Shown here piece by piece: positions 30,835 to 40,647 of a DNA stretch of 64,000 nucleotides. Numbering within the stretch: the first letter of the stretch is position 1; each line of letters opens with the position of its first letter. This DNA comes from Deltaproteobacteria bacterium (GTDB lineage: Bacteria; Desulfobacterota; DSM-4660; Desulfatiglandales; Desulfatiglandaceae). The notes under the pieces are model-generated. The model was not told the DNA's origin, ran no database searches, and saw only the letters and a program-made list of their open reading frames with translations. Position numbers and translations under genes: made by a program. The DNA lies in the NCBI GenBank assembly GCA_021163815.1, contig JAGGTJ010000025.1:5821-69820 (forward strand), read 5' to 3'.

Positions 30835-31212
30835 GTTTTTACCTATCCTTTGATTTTACTTTTTGCGAGTTTATAAAGATCTGAACCTGACAGATAAATT
30901 GGATAGAAGGGGACGTTATGCAAAGGTCTCAACAGGTTATACTATTATAATAGTATTATCGTCAAAACTTTTTTATATCAACTCAGTAAATGGGGAAGGC
31001 CTCTGCCGCCCTTTATTTAGCTGTTAGCTTTTTTCGCTTAGTTAAAGGTAACTGGTCGGGTGATGCTCAGGAGCAAATTGGTTGCATTTTGTTGTTATAA
31101 ATGATAGATCGATCTGGATTGAGGGCCCTCCGTATTTTTTTTGATACTCGGCAGTGAAGAGGATACCCTGGCTTTTGCCATATCGGTTCAATTAAAAAAA
31201 ACAGGTAACCAT

Positions 31213-32622
31213 ATGAATGCAACTATAAATCACGGTACCAGCAAAAAATCCGGTCTTGGCATTTTCTGGAGATTTTTCAGTTCCGTCAAACTGACCATTG
31301 CCCTGCTTGTAATACTTGCTGCTGTATCTGTCATAGGTACGCTGATTCCGCAGAGAGAAGGGGCAATAGATTTTGCTATGGGTATGAATCCCCGACTTTT
31401 TCAGGTATTCATGTCTCTTAACCTGTTCGATATATATCATTCCCTTCTGTTCAGGATTATCCTTGGGTTTCTTGTCATGAACCTTGTTGTCTGTTCCATT
31501 GACAGATTTCCTGTAACATGGAAGCTCTTTTCGTATATACCGTCTCCGGACAAATCCAGAATATTTCAGGATATCCCCACAGAACAGACCTGCATCCTGT
31601 CTGGAAACAGCAAGCACATTCTGAACCGTATTGAAGAGTTTTTACATAAAAGATATGGGAAGGTTTTCTCAAAAAAGGGAGATAAATATTCTTCATTTTT
31701 TGTGCAGACAGGACGGTTTTCCCGTTTTGGTGTTTATATTGTACATTTCAGTATACTTCTTATCCTTGCAGGTGGCCTTGTAGGTTCGTTGTTCGGATTT
31801 GAAGGGTATGTCAACATTGTTGAGAGTGATAAAACTGATAAAATTCATGTAAGGGGGAGCAGGCAGCAGAAAAATCTCGGGTTTGAGATTCGTTGTGACA
31901 GGTTTACGGTTAGTTATTATAAAAGTGGGATGCCAAAGGAGTATAAATCGGAAATTACCTTTATCGTTAATGGTAAGGATGTCAAAAAAGGAACCCTTTT
32001 GGTCAATCATCCGCTACATTTTAGAGGAATTACCTTTTATCAGGCAAGTTATGGTACAATCCCGGGCAAAAAGATTATTCTCAGGGCCGTGATGAACGGT
32101 AAATCCTTCAGCTTCCCTGTTTCGCTGCAAAAGTCTGTTCCGTTGCCGGGCAACGGAGGTGAACTGCTCCTTGAAGATATAAGAGACAATCTTGTAGGCA
32201 TAGGCCCTGCGGTGTTAATATCAATTTTGCCCAGGCATGGAGAGAAGATTTCCATGTGGATATTTAAAAACCCCGCATTGGCAAAATCGCGTCTTCCTGA
32301 ACCCATGCTGAAATCCCCAAAATTTAATCCCTCTGCATTCAGGCCATATACCTTTTTTCTTGAAGGTGTAGACACGGTTTACTATACAGGGCTTCAGGTC
32401 AGTAAGGACCCGGGGGTGCCAATTGTCTGGGCGGGTTGTGTAATCCTTGTAACAGGTCTTTTTATTACCTTCTTTATGTCACACAGGCGCATATGGATAC
32501 GTGCAGAAAATCATAAAAGCGGTGTCAGGGTACGTGTGGCAGGTATGGCAAACAGGGATCCTGTGGGTCTTCGTCGTCATCTGCTTAAACTGACAGATGA
32601 TCTAAGAAAACATGTTTTGTAA
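31213..32622 (+). CDS. resB: cytochrome c biogenesis protein ResB/Ccs1 (system II)
   Basis: FWRFFSSVKLTIALLVILAAVSVIGTLIPQ is a typical ResB N-terminus. Start set at ATG 31213; the track ORF begins at an upstream TTG. Confidence 0.85.
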   Translation: MNATINHGTSKKSGLGIFWRFFSSVKLTIALLVILAAVSVIGTLIPQREGAIDFAMGMNPRLFQVFMSLNLFDIYHSLLFRIILGFLVMNLVVCSIDRFPVTWKLFSYIPSPDKSRIFQDIPTEQTCILSGNSKHILNRIEEFLHKRYGKVFSKKGDKYSSFFVQTGRFSRFGVYIVHFSILLILAGGLVGSLFGFEGYVNIVESDKTDKIHVRGSRQQKNLGFEIRCDRFTVSYYKSGMPKEYKSEITFIVNGKDVKKGTLLVNHPLHFRGITFYQASYGTIPGKKIILRAVMNGKSFSFPVSLQKSVPLPGNGGELLLEDIRDNLVGIGPAVLISILPRHGEKISMWIFKNPALAKSRLPEPMLKSPKFNPSAFRPYTFFLEGVDTVYYTGLQVSKDPGVPIVWAGCVILVTGLFITFFMSHRRIWIRAENHKSGVRVRVAGMANRDPVGLRRHLLKLTDDLRKHVL

Positions 32623-32681
32623 CAGACAGGATATGGATGATGATCGTACCTGCACAACTTTAAAAAAAGGATAGCCTTGTT

Positions 32682-33527
32682 ATGACCAGTTCTACAATAC
32701 TAAGCTATGTGACCTTTATATATTTTACCGGTTTTACCCTCTATCTTCTGATGATGGTTATGGGTAAAAAATCCTTTGGAACGGCTGCGACGTTTGTATC
32801 GTTGGCAGGTCTTGTTGCCCATTCTGCGGCCATTGTATTAAGATGGATGGAGTCATACCAGTTGGGTATTGGTCATGCCCCTTTGTCTAATCTCTATGAG
32901 TCTCTGATATTTTTCTCATGGACAGTTACTCTTTTTTATCTTGTTGTGGAGTGGCGGACAAAAAACCGGGTCCTTGGGGCCTTTGTAATGCCTATATCTT
33001 CCCTCGCCTTGGCCTATGCCTCTTTTTCGCCGTCTGTAAACAGCCGGATTCAGCCGCTGGTGCCGGCTCTTAAAAGCAATTGGCTTATTGCCCATGTGAT
33101 AACATGTTTTTTCTCCTATGCTGCTTTTGCATTGTCTTTTGCCCTGAGTATAATCTATCTCATCAAGTTAAAGAACCAAGGTGCGGGCAGGGCAGGTTCC
33201 TTTCTGAATCGAATCCCAGACAGCAGGGTCTTGGATGAGCTTAATTATCAGATAGTTATCATAGGATTTCTTATGTTGACACTGGGGATTATTACAGGCT
33301 CGGTTTGGGCCCATTCTGCATGGGGAACATACTGGGGATGGGACCCAAAGGAGACATGGTCACTTATTACCTGGCTTATTTATGCCTCTGTGATTCATGC
33401 TCGTATTGCAAGAGGCTGGGAGGGTAAACGAATTGCCGTCTTGTGTATTGTAGGTTTTGCATGTGTGATCTTTACATATTTTGGTGTAAACTATCTTGCC
33501 GGGCTTCACAGTTACGCCAAGTCATAA
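32682..33527 (+). CDS. ccsA: cytochrome c biogenesis protein CcsA (system II haem lyase subunit)
   Basis: 281 aa polytopic protein; WWD-type motif WGTYWGWDPKETWSLITW. Confidence 0.9.
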   Translation: MTSSTILSYVTFIYFTGFTLYLLMMVMGKKSFGTAATFVSLAGLVAHSAAIVLRWMESYQLGIGHAPLSNLYESLIFFSWTVTLFYLVVEWRTKNRVLGAFVMPISSLALAYASFSPSVNSRIQPLVPALKSNWLIAHVITCFFSYAAFALSFALSIIYLIKLKNQGAGRAGSFLNRIPDSRVLDELNYQIVIIGFLMLTLGIITGSVWAHSAWGTYWGWDPKETWSLITWLIYASVIHARIARGWEGKRIAVLCIVGFACVIFTYFGVNYLAGLHSYAKS

Positions 33528-33550
33528 ACCTGTCTTTGATAAATTTGCTC

Positions 33551-34480
33551 TCACAGGTTGATTACTGTCCCTTCCATGGCAAAAAAGGTCTTTACTGATC
33601 CATTCTGAGAATTGTTACAATACCGTGTTGCCATATCGTCAATTTGTGCATCGGTTCTTACAGGGTCGTGATGAAACAGGGCTAACTGTTTGACCCCTGC
33701 CTGATTTGCGGCCTTGATGGCATATTCACAGGAGGAATGTCCCCACCCTTTTTTGGAAGACTTGTATTCTTTTTCTGTGTATTGTGCGTCATATATAAGG
33801 AGGTCAGCCCCCTTAAAAAAGTCTGTAAGCCTCAGGTTCTGTTCTTTTGCCACCTCTTCGCCTTCGATGGCCATTTCTTTGTCATATCCCGGGTCATTGG
33901 GGTCGGTAGAAAACACGTTGACAAATGGTTCTGTATCATATGCTGTACACACGGTTTTTCCCTGGTACTGGAAACAGTACCCAAGGCATAAAATCGGATG
34001 GTTGAGATACTTGGTATGGAGCATAATCCCATCCCCAAGATCAAAGGAACCCTCTTTAAGATCAATATATTCTATATCTGCAGCCAATTCTGTCTGCCTG
34101 ACGGGGAAATACCGGTAGGTTAACTGTCCTCCTACTATCCCCTCGAGGGTGTCCTCCTCGAACGTTACAGGTCCATATACCTTGATTTTTGTTCCTGGAA
34201 TGTATGCAGGGGCAAAAAATGGAAAGCCCATTATATGATCCCAGTGGGTATGAGACAGAAATATTTCTATAGTCAGGTCTTTGTCGGGAAGGTCGTTTGC
34301 AAGCATGTAATTGCCCAGTTCCCTTATTCCGGAGCCTGCATCAATAATAATAACTCGTTTTACCTTGTTAAATCTCAGTTCAATGCAGGCAGTATTTCCA
34401 CCATATTTTACTGTGGCGGGACCAGGACATGGAATGGATCCCCTGACACCCCAAAATTTTACCATTATAGAATTTTCCAT
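33551..34480 (-). CDS. MBL-fold metallo-hydrolase
   Basis: 309 aa; FLSHTHWDHIMGFPFF, ALFHHDP. Confidence 0.75.
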   Translation of the reverse strand: MENSIMVKFWGVRGSIPCPGPATVKYGGNTACIELRFNKVKRVIIIDAGSGIRELGNYMLANDLPDKDLTIEIFLSHTHWDHIMGFPFFAPAYIPGTKIKVYGPVTFEEDTLEGIVGGQLTYRYFPVRQTELAADIEYIDLKEGSFDLGDGIMLHTKYLNHPILCLGYCFQYQGKTVCTAYDTEPFVNVFSTDPNDPGYDKEMAIEGEEVAKEQNLRLTDFFKGADLLIYDAQYTEKEYKSSKKGWGHSSCEYAIKAANQAGVKQLALFHHDPVRTDAQIDDMATRYCNNSQNGSVKTFFAMEGTVINL

Positions 34481-34528
34481 AGCTTTTTGTTTATCGTCGC
34501 CTGTTTTGATGTTTTTTTTGCAGGATCA

Positions 34529-35419
34529 TCAACTTGCTATTTCCAGAAAAATGCTCGCTTTTTCTATCTCTTTTTGCACGATATCGTTAAGCCTACTAAA
34601 AGATTCCTCTGAAAAACCTGCCTTTGCAATCATGTCCTGCATATCGGAGGTGTCCGGATAATCATCTCCGGCTGACCCTATATTAAGAATGTAGGAATAC
34701 ATATTGGCGATACCTACAATCCTTAAGATATCCATGTGTTCTTCTTTGCCTTCCCATATTCTGTGATGATAGGCAAGGACAGATGTCATTGTCTCATCGA
34801 GTTTCCATTTTTCAGCTATCATTTTGCCAACCATCGTGTGATCTGTTTTCATGATTCTTTTTTCCGCAGCCACAAGTGGGATCTCTTCCTCTTTGACCAG
34901 ACTTACTACGGCTGAATAGTCTTTAGCAAAATAATTGTTTAAAGGAACCTTACCTAGGTCATGCAACAAACCTGCCACAAAATACTGATCACGCTGCATG
35001 AATGGAACTTCATTGATTTCTGCCAGCAGCTTAGAGATTACTCCAACGCTCAGGGAATGAAGCCAAAAGGCCTCTGTATCAAGGTTGGGGGTGGTTGCGG
35101 AGGACTTGGTGTGCATGGTCTCCAGAACAGCAGTACTTAATGCCAGATTTTTGACTGTATTCATTCCGAGCATGATGATTGCCCGGGTAAGGGATGTGAT
35201 CTGGTTAGGCAGAGAATAGAAGGCCGAATTTACCAGTTTTAAGACCTTGGCAGTAAGTACAGGATCAAGGGATATTACCCTGTTAAGATCGTTGGGTGAT
35301 GTGTTTGGATTGTTGCATACTTCAGTCACTTTCATGACTGTAGTTGAAAGACTTGGCATGCGATCTATATATTTTTTAATGCGTTTTTCCCTTAATTCAT
35401 CTGTTGTACAAGAATCCAT
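34529..35419 (-). CDS. HDOD domain signalling protein
   Basis: 296 aa; LPSLSTTVMKVTEVCNNPNTSPNDLNRVISLDPVLTAKVLKLVNSAFY, GLLHDLGK. Confidence 0.8.
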   Translation of the reverse strand: MDSCTTDELREKRIKKYIDRMPSLSTTVMKVTEVCNNPNTSPNDLNRVISLDPVLTAKVLKLVNSAFYSLPNQITSLTRAIIMLGMNTVKNLALSTAVLETMHTKSSATTPNLDTEAFWLHSLSVGVISKLLAEINEVPFMQRDQYFVAGLLHDLGKVPLNNYFAKDYSAVVSLVKEEEIPLVAAEKRIMKTDHTMVGKMIAEKWKLDETMTSVLAYHHRIWEGKEEHMDILRIVGIANMYSYILNIGSAGDDYPDTSDMQDMIAKAGFSEESFSRLNDIVQKEIEKASIFLEIAS

Positions 35420-35500
35420 TTTATTCTCTTTTCATACCTTATGCATAAACTGTTTTCAAAAAGGAAATTATGCTTTTAATATCAGCGAATTATAGAAATG

Positions 35501-38500
35501 TTATGCCTGTTCAGAAAACCTTATGTCTTTACCCGCAACCTGTTCCATTTCCTTTATAAGACGGTCGCACGGTGACACGTTGAAATGATTTCCGGCCCTT
35601 ATGGAGACATATCCGCCATCAGACAGCCTGACCATAAAGATCAATCTGCTGTCTCCGGGGAATCTGAAAACGATGTCCTGCAGTTTTTCCAGCATGTCTT
35701 TGGAAATGTCTGCCTCATCAAGCAGCAATTCAACGGATGTGATACTTTTTTGTTTGGCATGTTCCAGTGTGATAACCTTCTGGCCTATAACCTTGAATGT
35801 CTTGGCGTCATCAGTATGTTCAACAGTCCCTGTAACAAGTATTGGCTCTTCACTGCTCAACAGATGGGCAAACTGATTGAAGGTATCCGGAAAAAATATT
35901 ACCTCTACTGAACCGGTCATATCTTCCAGAGATATGATCCCCATTCTGTCTCCCCGTTTTGTCCGTTTCAGTGTAAGTTTGCCTACAATTCCGGCAAGCC
36001 TTACTATAGTTTTATCGGGTATTCCTGGAAGATCCTGAATGGTACAGGAAACAAATTTTTCAATTTCCTTGCCAAATTTTAACAGGGGGTGCCCTGTAAT
36101 ATAAAAACCTAATGCATCTTTTTCCCTCCTGAGCTTTTCCTGCTCGTCCCATTCCTCTGTTTCAGGCAGATCAAACAGCTCGTTTCCAGTACCATCTGAA
36201 AGGCCGAAGGTATCAAACATGCTAAGCTGGTTAGGGTTATGGTTTGCTCCGCAAAACCGTATGATATCGTCAAGGGCAGCAAAAAGTCTGGATCTGTGTA
36301 TACCTGTAAAATCCATGGCGCCACACTGTATCAATCCCTCAAGCACCCTTTTGTTCACCTTGGAGGATCCAAGGCGGTTGCAAAAATCAAAAAGATTTTT
36401 AAACGGGCCGGATCTGTTTCTTTCTTCAATAATCAGTTCAACGGCCTTAATCCCGACGTTTTTGATTGCTGCCAGGCCAAAGCGTATCTTTCCTTCAACC
36501 ACGGTAAAATCGGCCTGGCTTTCGTTAATGTCAGGGGGCAGTATTTCTATGCCCATTTCACGGCATTCAGCAATGTTTTTTATGGTCTTGTCCTGATTGC
36601 CCATGTCCTGGGTCATAAGTGCAGCCATGTACTGAACAGGATAATGGGCCTTCAGGTAGGCAGTTTGGTATGCAATCATGGCATAGGCTGCGGAATGGGA
36701 CTTGTTAAAACCATAGCCGCCAAATTTTTCAATCAAGGTAAAGAGTTCATCTGCCTTTTTACGGGCAATGCCATTTTTTTCTGCACCTGAGACAAATCTT
36801 TCTCTGTGCCTTGCCATTACCTCAGGTTTCTTTTTACCCATGGCCTTTCGCAGTTCATCTGCCTCTCCCATGGAGTAGTTGGCAAGTATCTGCGATATTT
36901 TCATAACCTGTTCCTGATACAGTATAACGCCATAGGTTTCTTTCAGGACTGGTTCAAGTTGAGGGAAAAAATAATTTATCCTTGTTTTGCCGTGTTTCCC
37001 CTTTATAAAGTCATCCACCATGTTGCTGCCAAGGGGCCCTGGCCTGTATAGGGCAACCATACCTATAATATCCTTGAAGGTCTCTGGTGCAAGTCTCCGC
37101 AGATAATCTTTCATTCCCGCACTTTCCAGTTGAAACACCCCTGTTGTTTTTCCGTCTCCGCACAAAAGGTAGGTGGCCTCATCATCAAGCGGAATCCGGT
37201 TTATGTCTATTGTTACTCCAGTGCTCTGTTCTATCAGGTCAAGGGCATGTTTTATCACTGTCATGGTCTTTAAACCAAGAAAATCAAATTTAATAAGACC
37301 AAGCTGCTCAATCCTGTCCATGGTAAACTGGGTCATTATTTCACCATGGCTGCCTTTAAACAGAGGAAGATACTCTACAAGGGGCCTGTCTGATATTACT
37401 ACTCCAGAGGCATGGGTGGATGCGTGCCTTGTTATGCCTTCAAGTTTCCGGGAAATCTTCAGCAGTTTTTTTACGGATTCATCTTTTTCCTCGAGCTTTT
37501 TTAATTCCTCTTCGTTTCTTATGGCATCTTCAAGTTTTACCCCCGGCCCTTCCGGTATCATCTTGGCAATACGATCCACCTTTTTAAGGGGAATGTTGAG
37601 GGCGCGTCCCACATCTCTTATGACACCTCTTGCCTTCATGCTTCCAAAGGTAATTATCTGCCCTACATTATTGTGACCATATTTGTCCGCGACATATCTG
37701 ATAACATCTTCCCTGCCGTTTATACAAAAATCAATATCAATATCAGGCATGGAAATACGCTGAGGGTTGAGAAATCTTTCAAAAAGGAGTCCATACTCTA
37801 TGGGATCGATATTGGTAATATTCAGGCAGAATGCTACCAGGGATCCTGCCGCTGATCCCCTGCCCGGACCCACAGGAATGTTATGATCTTTTGCATATCC
37901 GATGAAATCTGCAACAATGAGAAAATAACCGGCAAAGCCCATATCGTGCAGGGTTTTCAGTTCGAAATCCAATCTTTCCCTGTATTTTTTAACAAGTTCT
38001 TCCGGCAGGTCTCCTCTTTTTTCCTTTAATTCTGCCAATCGTACTTCAAGCCCCGCGTTTGCCTTATCGGTAAGAATCTCCTCAAGACTTTTTGAGCCTT
38101 CAACATGGAATTTTGGATACTTGTATTTACCAAATTCCATGTTATAGTTACACATATCGGCCACCATTGTGGTATTTTTTATGGCATCCTCATACCCTGG
38201 CATGGCAGCCATCATTTCCTCGTAACTTTTGAAATAGAATTCATCAGATGGAAACCTGAGCCTCTTTACATCATCTATGGTTTTGCCTGTCTGAATACAC
38301 AGAAGGACATCATGGGCCTCTGAATCCTCCCTGTTTAAGTAGTGGCAGTCATTTGTTGCAACAAGCGGGATAGAGAGTTCTTCTGATATCTCCCTGAGGC
38401 CTCTGTTGACCATGACCTGCTCAGGCATTTTATTTGCCTGAACCTCCAAAAAGAAACGGTCTTTAAATGTGACGGCCATCTCCTGTGCAATCTTTTTGGC

Positions 38501-38980
38501 CTCATCTGTTTTTCCCCTCTTTATGTGGTAGGGGATAATTCCCTGCAGGCATGCAGACATGGCGACAAGACCCCTGTTATACCTTTTCAGCAATTCCATG
38601 TCTACGCGGGGATGATAGTAAAAACCTTCGATATAACCAAGTGTTACAAGCCTGCTGAGGTTTTTGTATCCCTCCTTATTCATAACCAGCAACACGAGAT
38701 GATAGGCGTTGACCTTTCCTTTACCGGTCTGTGTCCTGTCCCTTCTGTCATGAGGAGCTACATATACCTCGGACCCGACAATGGGCTTGATCCCTGCGCC
38801 CTGTGCCATATCGCATAACTCAACTGCGCCAAACATGTTGCCATGGTCAGTAATAGCTACTGCATCCATACCAAGCTGGTTTGCCTTGTCCAGCATGGAG
38901 CCTATGCGTATGGTGCCGTCAAGAAGGCTGTATTCCGTATGCACATGAAGATGAACAAAAGGGGATTTTTGGTAAGACAT
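35501..38980 (-). CDS. dnaE: DNA polymerase III alpha subunit
   Basis: 1159 aa; PHP N-terminus FVHLHVHTEYSLLDG, PDIDIDF, GLLKFDFLGLKTMT. Confidence 0.96.
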   Translation of the reverse strand: MSYQKSPFVHLHVHTEYSLLDGTIRIGSMLDKANQLGMDAVAITDHGNMFGAVELCDMAQGAGIKPIVGSEVYVAPHDRRDRTQTGKGKVNAYHLVLLVMNKEGYKNLSRLVTLGYIEGFYYHPRVDMELLKRYNRGLVAMSACLQGIIPYHIKRGKTDEAKKIAQEMAVTFKDRFFLEVQANKMPEQVMVNRGLREISEELSIPLVATNDCHYLNREDSEAHDVLLCIQTGKTIDDVKRLRFPSDEFYFKSYEEMMAAMPGYEDAIKNTTMVADMCNYNMEFGKYKYPKFHVEGSKSLEEILTDKANAGLEVRLAELKEKRGDLPEELVKKYRERLDFELKTLHDMGFAGYFLIVADFIGYAKDHNIPVGPGRGSAAGSLVAFCLNITNIDPIEYGLLFERFLNPQRISMPDIDIDFCINGREDVIRYVADKYGHNNVGQIITFGSMKARGVIRDVGRALNIPLKKVDRIAKMIPEGPGVKLEDAIRNEEELKKLEEKDESVKKLLKISRKLEGITRHASTHASGVVISDRPLVEYLPLFKGSHGEIMTQFTMDRIEQLGLIKFDFLGLKTMTVIKHALDLIEQSTGVTIDINRIPLDDEATYLLCGDGKTTGVFQLESAGMKDYLRRLAPETFKDIIGMVALYRPGPLGSNMVDDFIKGKHGKTRINYFFPQLEPVLKETYGVILYQEQVMKISQILANYSMGEADELRKAMGKKKPEVMARHRERFVSGAEKNGIARKKADELFTLIEKFGGYGFNKSHSAAYAMIAYQTAYLKAHYPVQYMAALMTQDMGNQDKTIKNIAECREMGIEILPPDINESQADFTVVEGKIRFGLAAIKNVGIKAVELIIEERNRSGPFKNLFDFCNRLGSSKVNKRVLEGLIQCGAMDFTGIHRSRLFAALDDIIRFCGANHNPNQLSMFDTFGLSDGTGNELFDLPETEEWDEQEKLRREKDALGFYITGHPLLKFGKEIEKFVSCTIQDLPGIPDKTIVRLAGIVGKLTLKRTKRGDRMGIISLEDMTGSVEVIFFPDTFNQFAHLLSSEEPILVTGTVEHTDDAKTFKVIGQKVITLEHAKQKSITSVELLLDEADISKDMLEKLQDIVFRFPGDSRLIFMVRLSDGGYVSIRAGNHFNVSPCDRLIKEMEQVAGKDIRFSEQA

Positions 38981-39278
38981 AGGTGTTGGTATCCTTTAAT
39001 ATCCTTGCGATCTGCAGACAGTTAAAATAGAATAAACATATTCAGGTGCCATCAAACCTGTGATTGCCCGAAATTGAATCTTGACTGGGTACTATCTATA
39101 TCATTTCATGTGAACAGAGTGCAACATTGAGTTTGTTAACCGGTTTTCAGTCATAGTGGGGTTAAATCCTCGAAGTATTCAAGGTCCTTCTGCGATTAAA
39201 CTTTTTGCATACCTTGATCTTGTACAAAATTGCTGTTGTTGAACAGTCTATGAAATTATCAAATATATCAGGTTGCAT

Positions 39279-40550
39279 ATGAAGACAGTTCGTAAAAAGA
39301 TACAGATTCCTCTATCGGAAAGGATGAGACCCAGAAAGTTTGAAGACATGGTGGGTCAGGATCATATCATAGGCCCGGGATGTCTGCTTTCAAATGCTAT
39401 CCGGACAGGGCATCTTTTTTCGGTTATACTATGGGGGCCTCCCGGTTCAGGCAAGACCACTCTGGCGAGGCTCATAGGGGAATATACCCGGCTGCCCTTT
39501 ACCGTGTTTTCAGCAGTAAATTCCGGGGTAAAAGATCTGAAAGGGGTGATAAAAGAGGCCAGGACCATCAGGGATTTGTCAGGAGAGCCCACTATCCTGT
39601 TTGTAGATGAAATACACCGTTTTAACAAGGCTCAACAGGATGCCTTTCTGCCTTACATTGAAAGCGGTCTTATTATTCTGATAGGGGCAACCACACAAAA
39701 TCCATCCTTTGAGATCATATCACCCCTTCTGTCAAGGGCAAGGGTAATGTTACTGAATCCATTGTCTCAGGATAATATCAAGACCATTATTTTAAGGGCC
39801 ATAAGGGATGTAAATAATGGCCTTGGTAGCATGGGTGTTGAAATAACACCGGAGGCGCTTGAATATCTGGCAAGTATCTCACAGGGAGATGCCCGTACTG
39901 CCTTGAACAATCTTGAGGCATCTGCCTATTATGCCAGGCATGTAAGGTCTGACAGGTCTGGACATATTGACCTTGTTACTGTTAAAAGGGCCATAAACAG
40001 AAAGGCCCTTACCTATGATAAGGATGGAGAGGAACATTATAACCTTATATCAGCCTTTCACAAGAGCCTGAGAGGGAGTGATACCCAGGCGTCTGTATAC
40101 TGGCTTTACAGGATGCTTATGGCAGGGGAGGATCCTCTGTTCGTTGCCCGACGAATGATAAGATTTGCCTCTGAAGATGTGGGAATGGCTGATCCCAATG
40201 CCCTTACCGTAGCCCTATCTGCATTTGAGGCATGGCAAAAGGTAGGGCCACCAGAGGCGGAGATAGCCCTTGCCCAGGCCGCTGTATATCTGTCATCTGC
40301 TCCAAAAAGCAATGCCCTTTATATGGCGGAAAAGGCTGTAAAGAAAGAAATCAAACAATCGGGGGCACTCCCTGTCCCTTTGCATTTAAGGAATGCCCCT
40401 ACCAGGTTGATGAAAGAGACAGGATACGGCAAGGGATATCTTTATCCTCACAATTATCCCGGAGCTAAGGTGAAACAGACTTATCTGCCGGATACTATAA
40501 AGGACAGGGTTTTTTATGTACCTACGGACAGGGATAAGATAAACAGATAA
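39279..40550 (+). CDS. rarA: replication-associated recombination protein A (MgsA/RarA AAA+ ATPase)
   Basis: LWGPPGSGKTTLARLI, ILFVDEIHRFNKAQQD, SLRGSDTQASVYWLYRML. ATG 39279 chosen; the track start at 39273 is TTG. Confidence 0.92.
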   Translation: MKTVRKKIQIPLSERMRPRKFEDMVGQDHIIGPGCLLSNAIRTGHLFSVILWGPPGSGKTTLARLIGEYTRLPFTVFSAVNSGVKDLKGVIKEARTIRDLSGEPTILFVDEIHRFNKAQQDAFLPYIESGLIILIGATTQNPSFEIISPLLSRARVMLLNPLSQDNIKTIILRAIRDVNNGLGSMGVEITPEALEYLASISQGDARTALNNLEASAYYARHVRSDRSGHIDLVTVKRAINRKALTYDKDGEEHYNLISAFHKSLRGSDTQASVYWLYRMLMAGEDPLFVARRMIRFASEDVGMADPNALTVALSAFEAWQKVGPPEAEIALAQAAVYLSSAPKSNALYMAEKAVKKEIKQSGALPVPLHLRNAPTRLMKETGYGKGYLYPHNYPGAKVKQTYLPDTIKDRVFYVPTDRDKINR

Positions 40551-40647
40551 TGTTTGTATGGACATTTGGGGTTATAAAAAATGTTATAGCTTCAATGCAC
40601 GGTTCAGTTGTTGCTCTCGTTAAAAATGCCTCATATAAGTTCAGGAT

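Noticed and set aside
31141-31212. Upstream extension of resB and similar longest-ORF starts (39273 rarA, 45089 MFS, 51707 rsmI, 60875 AlbA_2 gene, 56023 and 56541 in the island)
   Set aside because: The ORF track begins at the first ATG, GTG or TTG. In these cases the extension uses TTG or GTG without an RBS, or runs into a repeat or the preceding gene. Downstream ATG codons with better context were used.
40551-40647. Fluoride riboswitch upstream of the ClC channel gene
   Set aside because: The leader lacks the conserved crcB-motif core. The channel is a long CBS-containing ClC, not the short ClC-F type.
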